A stretch of 53,392 nt of DNA. It comes from Octopus bimaculoides (Eukaryota). Numbering within the stretch: position 1 is the first letter of the stretch; each line of letters starts with the position of its first letter. Of this stretch, positions 24,293-36,359 are shown piece after piece. Made by a program: the position numbers and the translations under genes. The stretch is from assembly GCF_001194135.2 (NCBI RefSeq), contig NC_068991.1:1759795-1813186 (forward strand), written 5' to 3'. Under the pieces are notes generated by a model. It did not search any database. It saw only the letters and a list, made by a program, of their open reading frames with translations, and had not been told where the DNA came from.

Positions 24293-25834
24293 CTACAGGC
24301 ATACATGCATGAAGCAATAGATATCTATATTGCAAAAGGCCCTAAGATTTTAAAGGCCGACTGAATGACAAGAAGCTGCAAAATTTTGTATCATGGATCC
24401 TAAGTATTTTAATTAATAGGAACATTTCCAATCCAGCTTTCCATTTGTATTTCATTCTCGATCACCCAGACTATTGTTCTGAGTTATGGCCACCTCAAAT
24501 CATCAACTCTCAAAATAAATTCAAACCATTCGAAGTAGCCTTTCCTAAACAAATATTGTTTCCATGCACCAAGTATAATTTATGAGGAGGTCGTCTTCCC
24601 TGGAACGATGAATTAAGCGATATACAGTCATCCACATATATATCGGGAAAGTTCTGGGGGTGGAAAGGCGCCAAATTTTAAGCATTAAAATCGATGTTAA
24701 TCTCCAGAATTGATGCTATTGCACAGTTTCAAAAATCCAGCCTGATTCCTCTCGGATGAGTACAAGGTAATGCATCAATCTGGATTTCAACCGACTTTGA
24801 TGGTTTTCCCCCGCAACATAGACGTTGAATGAATGTCAACACTTTCAAAACAGATTCGACACACACACGCACGCACGCACACACGCTCTAAGCACACATA
24901 TACAGACATACACAGAAACATATGCATACACACACACACACACAATTCTTGTATATATGGCTTTTCTATTATTAATTAATTTATTCATTTGTTTATTTTA
25001 TACAAAATACTTTTTTTTTAATGAAACAAAAAAGCAGAGAAAAAAATATGAACAAAAATTTAGTAATATCTTTGCTGAGTCATAACTGATGAATGCTGAA
25101 TTGGTTTAGGGTGGGGTATTGTCAGCTGGAGGTGGCGGAGAAGTGGGGGGAAACCTGGTAACGGGGANNNNNNNNNNNNNNNNNNNNNNNNNNNNNNNNN
25201 NNNNNNNNNNNNNNNNNNNNNNNNNNNNNNNNNNNNNNNNNNNNNNNNNNNNNNNNNNNNNNNNNNNNNNNNNNNNNNNNNNNNNNNNNNNNNNNNNNNN
25301 NNNNNNNNNNNNNNNNNNNNNNNNNNNNNNNNNNNNNNNNNNNNNNNNNNNNNNNNNNNNNNNNNNNNNNNNNNNNNNNNNNNNNNNNNNNNNNNNNNNN
25401 NNNNNNNNNNNNNNNNNGGTGGCGGTGGTGGTGGTGGAGATGGGGTGGGGGGCAAGTTGATTGTGGTAGTTTGATATTGTCGCTTGCTGCTGCTGCTGCT
25501 GTTGTTCTTTCTGGCAACATCAGAATATATGCAAATCTCCGCGCGCGCGTGTGTGTGTGTAAAATATTAGTTTCTAACAATAATTCTGGGTCGGAGGGGG
25601 CGGGGAGATGATTGTATGCGCATGCGCACGAGAATGTGCGCACACCATTGTGCTTGTGTGTGTATGTAATGTTTGTTTGAGTGCACTTTTAATAAATGTA
25701 CAAAGATATGTAATTAAAAATGTGCGTGTGTATGTGTAAATATGTATGTGTGTTGCTTTCAATGAACTTATATTGTGTTTATATACACACACACATATAT
25801 ATATGTATATAAGTATATATATTGTCGTTCGTGC

Positions 25835-26126
25835 ATTGGATCACGATCTTAGGATCGTGAGTTCGATTCCTAGCTACGCGTTGTGTCCTTGAGCAAGACA
25901 CTTTATTTCGTTGTTTCAGTTCACTCAGCCTGCAAAAGTGATTTGTACCCGTAATTCAAAGGACCAGCCTTGTCATATTCTGTGTAATACTGAATCTTCC
26001 CCAGGACTACGTTAAGGGTACGCGTGTCTGTGGAGTATTCAGCCACTTGTATGTTAGTTTCGCGAACAGGGCGTTCTGTTGATTAGATCAAATGGAGCAA
26101 TTGTCGTCGTAGTCGACCAAATGCCA
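25835..26126 (+). mobile_element. Family M SINE
   Basis: GTGAGTTCGATTCC, TTGTGTCCTTGAGCAAGACACTTTATTTC, AAGGGTACGCGTGTCTGTGGAG, TTGTCGTCGTAG. Confidence 0.85.
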
Positions 26127-26494
26127 GTTTACGATTGAAATATTTGTGTTTGTATGTGTATACCCGAAGAAATGTGCTTGCAGATGTGTGAGTGCATATA
26201 ACACTGCACGTGTATGCGTATGTCATTAAACATTAATGCGTATGTGGTCTCTGTGCCAGTGTGTATGCGTATGTATGTTTGTCTGTAGACATGTACATGT
26301 GTGCGCGTGTCTGAGGCTAATATATGTGTGTCTGTGTGTGTTTCTGTTTAAATCATGTGTATACATTGTGTGTGCGTCTGAGTGTGTGTGTGTGTGTATG
26401 TGTGTGTTTGTGTATGTGTGTATTATCATGTACTTATGGATGTGTGCTTGTGTGTCAGAGGCTAATGTAGCATGTGTCTCTGTTTAAGTCAATA

Positions 26495-26527
<33 letters not shown>

Positions 26528-26787
26528 TGGTATGTTTGTCGGGTTGTCTATCTGTATGTGAGTCATAGAAGGGAGAAAGAAGCTAAAGGTCATTGTAATC
26601 AGGAGATATTGAGGAGTACCGGAGTATGGATTGGTCACCTGGGAGTATTTAGCTTAATGTGCAATCCGAGAGGTAGGAGGAACTATGAAGATAAAAAAAA
26701 AAATAATAAAATAGAATAAAGCAACAAAATAATAAACAGAGGAACAACATCAAATCAACAATAGAAAGAATGACGAGGTAACAAGAG

Positions 26788-27025
26788 TGACAACAACAAC
26801 AACAACAACAACATCAATAACGACAATGAAAATAACAACAACAACAACAACATTACCGTCACGAACAATAACAACCAGAACAACAACAAAAGAACAACAG
26901 AAACAGCAACGACAACAACAATAAATAGAATAACAGTAACAACAACTACAACATCCAGACTAACAAAGCCAACAACGTTAACAACAACTGCAACAACAAA
27001 GCGACAACTCTAACAACAACAACAC
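26788..27025. repeat. Degenerate (AAC)n tract
   Basis: Direct reading. Confidence 0.9.
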
Positions 27026-27030
27026 TAATA

Positions 27031-27274
27031 AGATCAGGTGTGGCTGTGTGGTTGAGAAGCAAGCTTCTTAACCACATGGATCCGGTTTCAGTCCCACAGC
27101 ATGGCACTTTGGGCTAGCGTCTTCTATTATAGCCTCGGTTCGACCAAGGCCTCTTGAGCAGATTTGGTAGATGGAAACTGAAAGAAGCCCGTCGTATGTG
27201 TGTTTGTGTCTGCGTTTGTCCCCCGCCACCATTTGGAAACCGGTGTTGGTGTGTTTAGTTTCCCGTAGCGTAGC
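27031..27274 (+). mobile_element. Family C SINE, 3'-truncated
   Basis: TGGCTGTGTGG head, TTCAGTCCCAC, TCTTCTATTATAGCCTCGG, GGAAACTGAAAGAAGCCCGTCGTA. Confidence 0.85.
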
Positions 27275-27399
27275 TATAAAGGGAGAAGTTCTATGACATG
27301 GGGAAATGAACAGAGGTGGAATAGATGAAACGGGACGGACGAAGGTAAAGTTAAGGTCAATGTATATGTGCGTATATATTCTTCCTGTTTCTGTTGTAC

Positions 27400-27577
27400 C
27401 TCTATTTCAAAAGGTCAGCCTTGTTACAGTCTGTGTCACGCTGAATCTTTCCGAGAACTACGTTAAGGGTACACATGTCTGTGGAGTGCTCAGCCGCTTG
27501 CACGTTAATTTCACGAGCAGGTTGTTCCGTTGATCGGATCAACTGGAACCCTCGTCGTCGTAACCGATGGAGTGCCA
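27400..27577 (+). mobile_element. Family M SINE 3' half
   Basis: GAGAACTACGTTAAGGGTACACATGTCTGTGGAGTGCTCAGCC...CTCGTCGTCGTAACCGATGGAGTGCCA. Confidence 0.85.
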
Positions 27578-29681
27578 CGACGACTTTCAACTTACGACCA
27601 TTTCAACAGTAGACATGTCAGATAAATCACTTATTGTATTGATTTGTCCATTCAGATGATAAGTGTGTCTCATGTAATTACATAATCATTGTTATATCCA
27701 TGTCTACAACTTTTCCGCCATCTGCTGTCGAAACGGTCGTAACCTAAAAATAAATGTAAAACCAATACTTTCATACCTTATACTTTTTACATTATACTTC
27801 GCGATTGATAAAAATTTCCTGGATTCTCAGTTTGTGTGGAACATTTTCTCCTACTGAAACATTGTCCCCTCCCAGTATTTGAATGAGTGTTGACTGCGGT
27901 AACCACCCCCGCGATTTCACAAATCCCTTTTCATACAATATATAGGTGCATGACCTTTACACCTGAATAGTCTTAACAACACAAAGGTATCCATTTACCC
28001 TGTTTGGAATAAAATATAATTTAAAAGAACATGCCTCGCACGTAACCACGTGACCAATGAAATCTTAATTTCCTTGTCCTTTTAATAACCGACAAATGAA
28101 ATTAAGATAATGGAGGATTAAAATTTAATAGGTTATCGATTAATTCCTCCTAATATCCCCCCTCCATTCAATGATTATATTTCACAGAATGATTTTATTT
28201 TTGATAGGTTTAGAATCTAATCGATATCGATTAGTTCTTATTAGACTACCCAATTTTTTTTTTGGTAAATTATCAGCGTTTTATGTTTCCATAATATTCT
28301 TATGACAAATTATTCTCATTTTTTTTTCTAATAAATAACTATCAATATTTAACAGTATCTACATTCAATTGTTTTCACATAATCTTTGTTTGTTACTCGA
28401 ATTATTTTAAATTAGATAAACCCTCAACAAATAAAAAAAATTAATAACTTTCCCCTTAGCATTATTTTAGTAGTATATATATATATAGATATATATTATA
28501 TGTGTGTATGTCTATAACAATAACCAGTTGATTATATTATCTTTGAGTGTATTAAGCAGTTTCCACTGTAGCACCGTGTATGTGCGTGCGTGCGTACACG
28601 TGTGTGGCTTTGTGTGTGCATGTGTGTGTGTGTATCTGTATGTGTATGTGTGTGTGTGCGTGTCTGTGAACATGTATGTGTGTGTGTCTGTGTGAAACAT
28701 GTGTGAATGTGTGTCTGTATGTGTGTGTGCATGAGCGTGCCTGTGCACATGTATATGTGTGTGTTTTTTGTGTCAGTGTGTACATGTGTGTGTGTGTGTG
28801 TCTGACTGTATGTGTATGTGTGTGTCTGACTGTATGTGTATGTGTGTGTACGCGCGTGTCTATGCACATGTGTGTGTGTGTATGTGTGTTTAACATTTAA
28901 ACAGCAAAAACGTTTCTTTTCCGCCATTTTAGAAATGGCTACTTTTCTCCCAAGTCGACATGCAGTAATGTGTTCTCTTCTGCGATAAACTTTGTTGCTA
29001 GCTTCTAATTGTATCTGCTCGGACATCTTCACTTCACTTTACGCATGCCTCTCAGCATTTACTGGTCTAAAATAAATCTTCTCGCCAAATTCAGATCAAT
29101 TTTGTATTATAAGTTACTCTTGATATTTAACAAAACGGAGAGCAAACTGCCACTCGTTAACACTATGATGTCTTCTTTCAAATAAAACGTGATATCTTCA
29201 ATGTACTTTTACTTTGGTACATAAAGGGGTGGGTTTCACTCACACACGATCCATTTGCATCTATACAAGAGCATGCATACCTCTCTTTCCCTCTATCTGC
29301 CCCCCTCTCTCCCTATTTCTCTCAAAATATTCTTACACCATATGGCTATGGCTTATGTAATTTGGTTTAACTCTTATCATGAAAGATGTCTGCTTCATTT
29401 TACGCCTATTAACGGAGATTATAATACATATTGTGTGGATGGTTCCTTCTTGTGACCTGAGCAGTGGTCATCACGGGCCATCGTAGGTGCTGCCGAGCCA
29501 GTAGCCCCTACGAAAGAGAAGGAAAATTCTTGTTATCAATGCCATTGTTCTATACATGAGACAGTCCGTTGGAAAAGGCCATCAAAGTCAGCCGAGCCTA
29601 ATATTCTCCCTTTGACCTCTGACGCATGGTACAGCATTGCACCTGTACAGGTAATGTCAATAGTGAGAGTGAGGTAATGTA

Positions 29682-30024
29682 CATCCTTTCGGGGTCGATG
29701 AATCAAGTATCAGTTGCGGACTGGAGTCGATCTAATCAATTGGCCTCCTCCCCCACAATTTCGGGCCTTGTGCCTAGATTAGAAAATAATATTCATAGAG
29801 TCGATAAGGTGACGAGCTGGCAGTGCTGTTAAAACACCCGACAAAATGTTTAACCGCATTTCGTCCGCCTTTGCATTTTAAATTCAAATTCCGCTGAAGT
29901 CGAATTTACTTTTCATCCCTTTCAGAGTCGATAAAATAAGTACCAGTTAAACACTGGGGTCGATGTAATTGGCTTTTCCCATCCTCCGAAAAGTGCTGGC
30001 TTTATGCCACAATTTGAAACCAAT
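29682..30024 (+). mobile_element. Two tandem family K SINEs (OK/OR1-like): a tail fragment at 29682-29793 and a near-complete copy at 29806-30024
   Basis: GAGCTGGCAG head, TTCAAATTCCGC, CATCC(C)TTTC..GGTCGAT and ATAAGTACCAGTT..CACTGGGGTCGATGTAAT; colinear with the reverse complement of 33883-34100. Confidence 0.8.
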
Positions 30025-30854
30025 GGTTATAGAGACGTATGTCCCTCGGTTAATGTTGCAGTCAAGAAGAACTCGCTGTGTCAAATATGATTGACCAGGA
30101 TTTGTGCTGCGTCACAGACAAAGAAATTCTCGGTCAGAACAATAGATTTTGAAACCCCTGAGGCTGTGATGGTGATGAAAACATTTATCACCAGGTTCAT
30201 GAGGGGAAAATATTTTCAATAAACCATCGACCTAATAAATGGGGAAAAGACTTGATGGCGGGGGAGTTTCCTCCCCCATCCGCTTCTCACCGTGAAACCG
30301 GAGCTAAGCAGTGAGTTCTCAAAAGCTTCTCGGAGGCGTTATTAATTTTTTCTTTCATCACATATTACACTTAGAATTACTACAGATTTATGGCACGGTG
30401 CCATTGCTAGAAAATCAATAATACCCCCATAACTCTATAAGCTTAAAAAGGTATAACCACATATCCTTTAATATATCAAGTTACCGCCGCTGCGCGAACT
30501 CCATAAATATAAAGAAATATATGAAATGGAAACTATGGCAACGGAGGCAAAGTAGGACAACCACAACAACAATAATAACAATAATGATCGAAGAGATGTG
30601 AAGGTGGGGGTGGAGGAGGATTGAACCCCGCACTCTAGTTTATTGGCATCTTATTTATTGGTTAACGGTTAATACTTTTCATTTCGTGTTCTCACACATT
30701 TCCTTTGTGAGCGACAGGTTTGTAAGGGATGCAATGACAAAATGGCGGAATAGTCTACACGCGCGCGCGTAGACACACACACACACACACACACATATAA
30801 AGACACTCACACACACATGCATGCATGCGTTTTTCTCCTTTATATTTCATATCT

Positions 30855-31083
30855 CCTTTCTTTCAGTCATTAGACTGCGGCCATGCTGGGGCAGTGTCTT
30901 GAAGAAGTTATAGTCGAATAAATCGGTACTTATTCTATCAGTTCCTTTTGTCGAACTGCTGCGTTACAGGGACGTAAACACACAGTCTTCTGCTCAAGAG
31001 CACAACAAACAGCCAGACTGGGAATCGAGACCACGATCACACGATCGTGTGTGCAACACCCTAACCACTAGGCCACGCGCCTT
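30855..31083 (-). mobile_element. Chimeric SINE: family M head joined to family C tail
   Basis: 30985-31083 is the M-type tRNA head and the start of the central domain. 30855-30984 is the C-type tail (GACGTAAAC, GACTGCGGCCATGCTGGGG). Confidence 0.7.
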
Positions 31084-31144
31084 CACATACACACACACCT
31101 TTATGTGTAAATGTACATCCGTGTGTGTGTGTGTGTGTGAGTGT

Positions 31145-31220
<76 letters not shown>

Positions 31221-31480
31221 ATATACACACATATATAAACATATGCATACATATATATAAATCCCCAAAATAGAATAAGAACGTAACGGACGACAATAAA
31301 AACATACTGATAGATAGACGAGACAAAGACGGACAGGAAAAAAACAAGGACTGATCACTCGTGGCCTTCTATTCATCAGTCAAGTCTCCAATTATCATTA
31401 CAGTTTCGGCCTGTTATACTTGAGACTATTCGAAATTGGTCGGCCCTAAAATCTAAGCTAAGAGCGAATTTGTACAACAC

Positions 31481-31531
<51 letters not shown>

Positions 31532-31926
31532 TGAACTCTCGCAAACACTCTTATATACATAATTAACGCTGAATTTCCTCCGGTTTCATTTAAATAAGGT
31601 ATTTTAATCAAACTGCTACGTTCATCAGCACTAAAACCATAACACCACCACCACCAATGCCACCACCGCCAACAACAACAACAACAACAACACCATCATC
31701 ATTATCACCACCAACATCATCATCATCATCGCCACCATCACAGTCACTAGCTTCTGAACTTAAAAGGCACCTGAATAAGTGACAGGTTTAATTTCCGGTA
31801 TGATTATTTTCCAGCAGATGATGTACGTTGTTTATTAGATAACACATGTGTGTGTGTGTGTGTGTGTGTGCNNNNNNNNNNNNNNNNNNNNNNNNNNNNN
31901 NNNNNTACGCTTATGTATGTATAGAT

Positions 31927-31966
<40 letters not shown>

Positions 31967-32204
31967 ACACACATATATACATATGTGTGTGTATTTATGT
32001 ATATATATATACATGAATGTTTATACAGACATACAGATGTATTATATACATATGATGTACTGCAATCTAATATGCAAAATAGATGTGATAATATAAATGT
32101 AAAATACGGTAGATTCCGATATATAAATATTTAAGTTTCTTGTGTGCGTGTGCGTGTGCGTGTGCGTGTGCGGGTGTATACGCACACACACACATATATT
32201 TATA

Positions 32205-32400
32205 TACTCTTTTACTTGTTTCAGTCTTTTGACTGTGGCCATGCTGGAGCACCGCCTTTTAGTCGAGCAAATCGCCCCAAGGACTTATTCTTTAGAAGCC
32301 TAGTACTTATTCTATCGATCTCTTTTGCCGAACCGCTAAGTTACGGGGACATAAACACACCAGCATCGGTTGTCAAGCGATGTTGGGGGGACAAACACAC
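32205..32400 (-). mobile_element. Family C SINE 3' half, well preserved; the rest may lie in the adjacent gap
   Basis: Close match to 43967-44140. It runs into the internal CA/TA tract and then the N gap at 32449. Confidence 0.9.
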
Positions 32401-32858
32401 ACATACAAACATACACACACACATACATATATATATATACATATATACNNNNNNNNNNNNNNNNNNNNNNNNNNNNNNNNNNNNNNNNNNNNNNNNNNNN
32501 NNNNNNNNNNNNNNNNNNNNNNNNNNNNNNNNNNNNNNNNNNNNNNNNNNNNNNNNNNNNNNNNNNNNNNNNNNNNNNNNNNNNNNNNNNNNNNNNNNNN
32601 NNNNNNNNNNNNNNNNNNNNNNNNNNNNNNNNNNNNNNNNNNNNNNNNNNNNNNNNNNNNNNNNNNNNNNNNNNNNNNNNNNNNNNNNNNNNNNNNNNNN
32701 NNNNNNNNNNNNNNNNNNNNNNNNNNNNNNNNNNNNNNNNNNNNNNNNNNNNNNNNNNNNNNNNNNNNNNNNNNNNNNNNNNNNNNNNNNNNNNNNNNNN
32801 NNNNNNNNNNNNNNNNNNNNNNNNNNNNNNNNNNNNNNNNNNNNNNNNNNNNNNNNNN

Positions 32859-32891
<33 letters not shown>

Positions 32892-33383
32892 ACATAATTA
32901 AATAGATGCTGGTATGCTTACCTATATGAATATGTGTGTGTCTGTCTGTGTGAGTGTGTGCTGTGTGTGTGTATGTATGTGTGTATGTATGTGTGTATGT
33001 GCGAGTGAGTGTGTCTGTGTGTATAAGTTTATTATATATTATAATACAAAGGTATATTTATATAGTAGGCGAATTATTGTACTTTTGTAACATATTACTC
33101 CCATTAGCACCAACTTTTTTTTCCGATTCTTTAGGTAATTATTCTAAGCCATCAATTCGTATTGATTGCTGGGATATCAATGAAGGAAGATTGTTCTCCT
33201 TAATATTTTTAATTGGCTGTCACGCATTTCTCTAATCTGTTACATGTGTTATTATTGTGTCTATGTTTTGCTTTCAGAACATTTAAACAATCGATTGGAT
33301 TGTTCGTCACAACTTCTCAAACGCTTGTGTGTTTGTCTGTTCTTTTGTTTCCAATATTTTTTTCCTTTGCCTTTTTTTTTCAT

Positions 33384-33740
33384 CTCTTTTGCTTGTCTCA
33401 ATCATTGGACTGCGGTCATGCTGTAGCACTGCCATGAAGAGTTTTGTCGAACGAGACGAACCCGGGGATTTTTTTAAAGCCTGATACTTATCCTATCGGT
33501 CTGTTTTTGCGAAACCGCTAAATTACAGGGACGCAAACAAACCAACACCGGTTGTCAAGCGATGTTGGGGCACAATACACACACATATAGATATATACAT
33601 ATACGATGGGCGGCTTCTTTCAGTTTCCGTCTACTAAATCCACTCACAAGGTCTTGGTCGGCCCGAGGCTATAGTTGAAAACATTTGCCTAAGGCACCGG
33701 AATTGTGTGGTTGGGAAACAAACTTCTTACCACACAGTCC
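33384..33740 (-). mobile_element. Family C SINE with a short deletion in the head
   Basis: All modules are present: tail, internal CA/TA tract, CTTTCAGTTTCCGTCTAC and GAGGCTATAG. Confidence 0.85.
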
Positions 33741-33795
33741 CACCAGTGTTGTAACATAATTGCAAATCGCCCTCGAAAGGTTTCAATCTCTGGAC

Positions 33796-33798
<3 letters not shown>

Positions 33799-33845
<47 letters not shown>

Positions 33846-34100
33846 TAATAATAATAATAATAATAATAATAGTAATAATAATATTTTCTTCTAATGGCAA
33901 AAAGCTTGAAATTTTTTGGCGGGAAGGGACTAGTCGATTACATCGACCCCAGTGCGTAACTGGTACTTAATTTATCGACCCCGAAAGGATGAAAGGCAAA
34001 GTCGATCACGGCGGAATTTGAACTCAGAACGTAACGACAGACGAAATACCGCCAAGCATTTCGCCCGGCGTGCTAACCACTCTGCCAGCTCCCCGCCGCC
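33799..34100 (-). mobile_element. Family K SINE, near intact, with an (ATT)n tail
   Basis: A-box TGGCAGAGTGG and B-box GTTCAAATTC on the minus strand, tail module GATAAATTAAGTACCAGTTACGCACTGGGGTCGATG, and the (AAT)n tract at 33799-33882 directly at the 3' end. Confidence 0.9.
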
Positions 34101-35109
34101 TTTCTGCGTGTTTATACTAAAAACATTAGGAACAAGAGTTGGCTGCTTGACAAATAATTATATAAATAACATATGGCTATTTTTATTGTTTTAAGAATTA
34201 ATTGGAGAATTACAGGAAGGACATATGTATTGTTTAAGTCGTTGAACAGATCAAAATAGCTTTCGTCAGTTTGGATATCTATAAGTCTTTGACATGAAAG
34301 CTTGGTCAAAGCAGCAGCATCATGGTCGATCGAATAGTAAGAACTAGCAGCAAAATCTCTTTCTATTCACAGCCGTCCAACTCAAAAGAAGGACGGTTCG
34401 ACGGTGCAGTTATAAACAAGCAGATGGGACAGCCATGGCTAGAAGGTCGTTCGATTGCAACAATAACAACAACAAGTATTACAAATGAATGCAGTACGAG
34501 CCAGGAATGAGGATCTTATGTAACCATAATCATAGAAATAGCAGCGAAATTTTCCTCTAATATACCCAATCATCTTTAAAAAGAAGGACGGGTTGATGGT
34601 GGCTGGAATGCCTTTGAAGTGTTTCATTACTTTACTTTTCCTCTGCATAAAACAACCGATATTAATAATGAAGCGAAATATCCAGAATTTGAGGATTTCT
34701 GCTGTAAAGGCTTCTCTCGACAACAAATAATCTAGGATAAAGCGTGGGGGCCAAAATGAATGTATCAGAAAAACATTTGCTAATAAAGAAAACAGAGACC
34801 CGTTTGTTGAAAATGGAATCCTTCTAGATAGGTTTTTTTTCTCTCGTATACGAAACTCTGTCTTCTATTTCTTGATAAAGAGCTAGAAACCGAAACGTCG
34901 TAACTTAATTATATTTAACTACGTTTATTTTAACTGCCATACTTTGACTTGACATTGAAAGGTTGACCTGAAAGATACAATCGAAAAAGAAGCTGAAAGT
35001 TCAATCCTAAATGACAACAACACCTTGATTTCTTAATTATTTATTAAGCTGTTGCAGTTGCATAATGTAAACTAAGTCGAGCAGAGATGATTGTTTAAAT
35101 GACATGCTG

Positions 35110-35318
35110 ATGGCAGGGGGGGGGGAGACAGAGACAGAGAGAAGCAATAGAAATAGAAGAGATATAAAGCTAGGAAAGAAGCAGTGAGTGAAAGAGAGAG
35201 AGACAGAGAGAGAGCAAAAACATAAAGAGAGGCAAAGAAAGATAGCAAGCTGTAAAGACGGAATGAAGAGAGAGGTGCAGACAAAAGTAGGTTGAGAGAT
35301 AAATAAAGACGGAGAGAG

Positions 35319-35389
<71 letters not shown>

Positions 35390-35760
35390 AGAGAGATGTT
35401 GAGACAAGATAACAAAGAGATAGAGGGTAGGAGAGAGAGTGGGAAGGCAGACGTGAGTAATGCAGAGTAAGAAATAGATAAAGGCTAACAAAGATAAGAA
35501 GGAAGGAGTAGAGGAAACCATAGAAAATTAGAAAGAGAGAGGGGAGGGAGAGGGAGAGAGAGAGAGAGAGAGAGAGGGGGGGGAGAGAAAGCAGGCAAAG
35601 AGAAAGATTGAGAAAGAGAAATACCACGATGTACAGACAACAATGAGAAAAAGAGAGGGGGAGAGAGAAACAGACAGAGAAAATAAAAATGGAGAAAGAG
35701 AAGGTGAAGAAGATGAGAGAGAGAGAGCAAACGAAGATTAAAATTCAAAAGAAACAAAAC
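35110..35760. repeat. About 650-bp GA-rich polypurine tract
   Basis: Direct reading; includes pure (GA)n at about 35323-35385. Confidence 0.9.
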
Positions 35761-35821
35761 ATTTATAGAAAGAAAAAAAGTATATTTTTCTTAAAGCTGA
35801 GGGATTAGAGAGAAAACAACA

Positions 35822-35918
35822 GTGTCTATCCACCCTGGGTGGCCACGGGTCGATAATGTTGGATCGGCAATAATTATAACCGTGTATATCCACCCTGGGT
35901 GGCCAGTGGCCAATAATT
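35822..35918. repeat. Two 24-bp direct repeats at a 60-bp period, each with a CCACCC-T-GGGTGG palindrome
   Basis: GTGTCTATCCACCCTGGGTGGCCA (35822-35845) and GTGTATATCCACCCTGGGTGGCCA (35882-35905). Confidence 0.85.
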
Positions 35919-36313
35919 GAGCATCGGTTTTAATTGTTTAGCAGGTTATTACACTCTAACATTCCGGTAGTGACATGTTTAATGGAAATTAAGTACATCC
36001 TCACCGGATTAACTACGTTTCAACTGTACATGCATACATGCACACATACATACATGCACACATACATATACATACAGACATACATACATATATACATGCA
36101 TACATGCATACGTACGTAGGTACATATATGTTGCCCTGACGCAGCTCCCGACAATGGCTCTCGTAGCTTCTGATCTTAATTGATCGCAAGTGTTATCATG
36201 TACCTTGTTTTGTCTTAGTATTGGAGATGGGCTGCAGCAAATATTTTTGCTCAATACCACAGATTGTATATATATATATTCATGTATGCAGGCACTCAGT
36301 CATACCCATTGTT

Positions 36314-36359
<46 letters not shown>

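Noticed and set aside
35822-35905. CRISPR array
   Set aside because: Only two repeats, eukaryotic context and no cas genes; kept only as an unexplained repeat.
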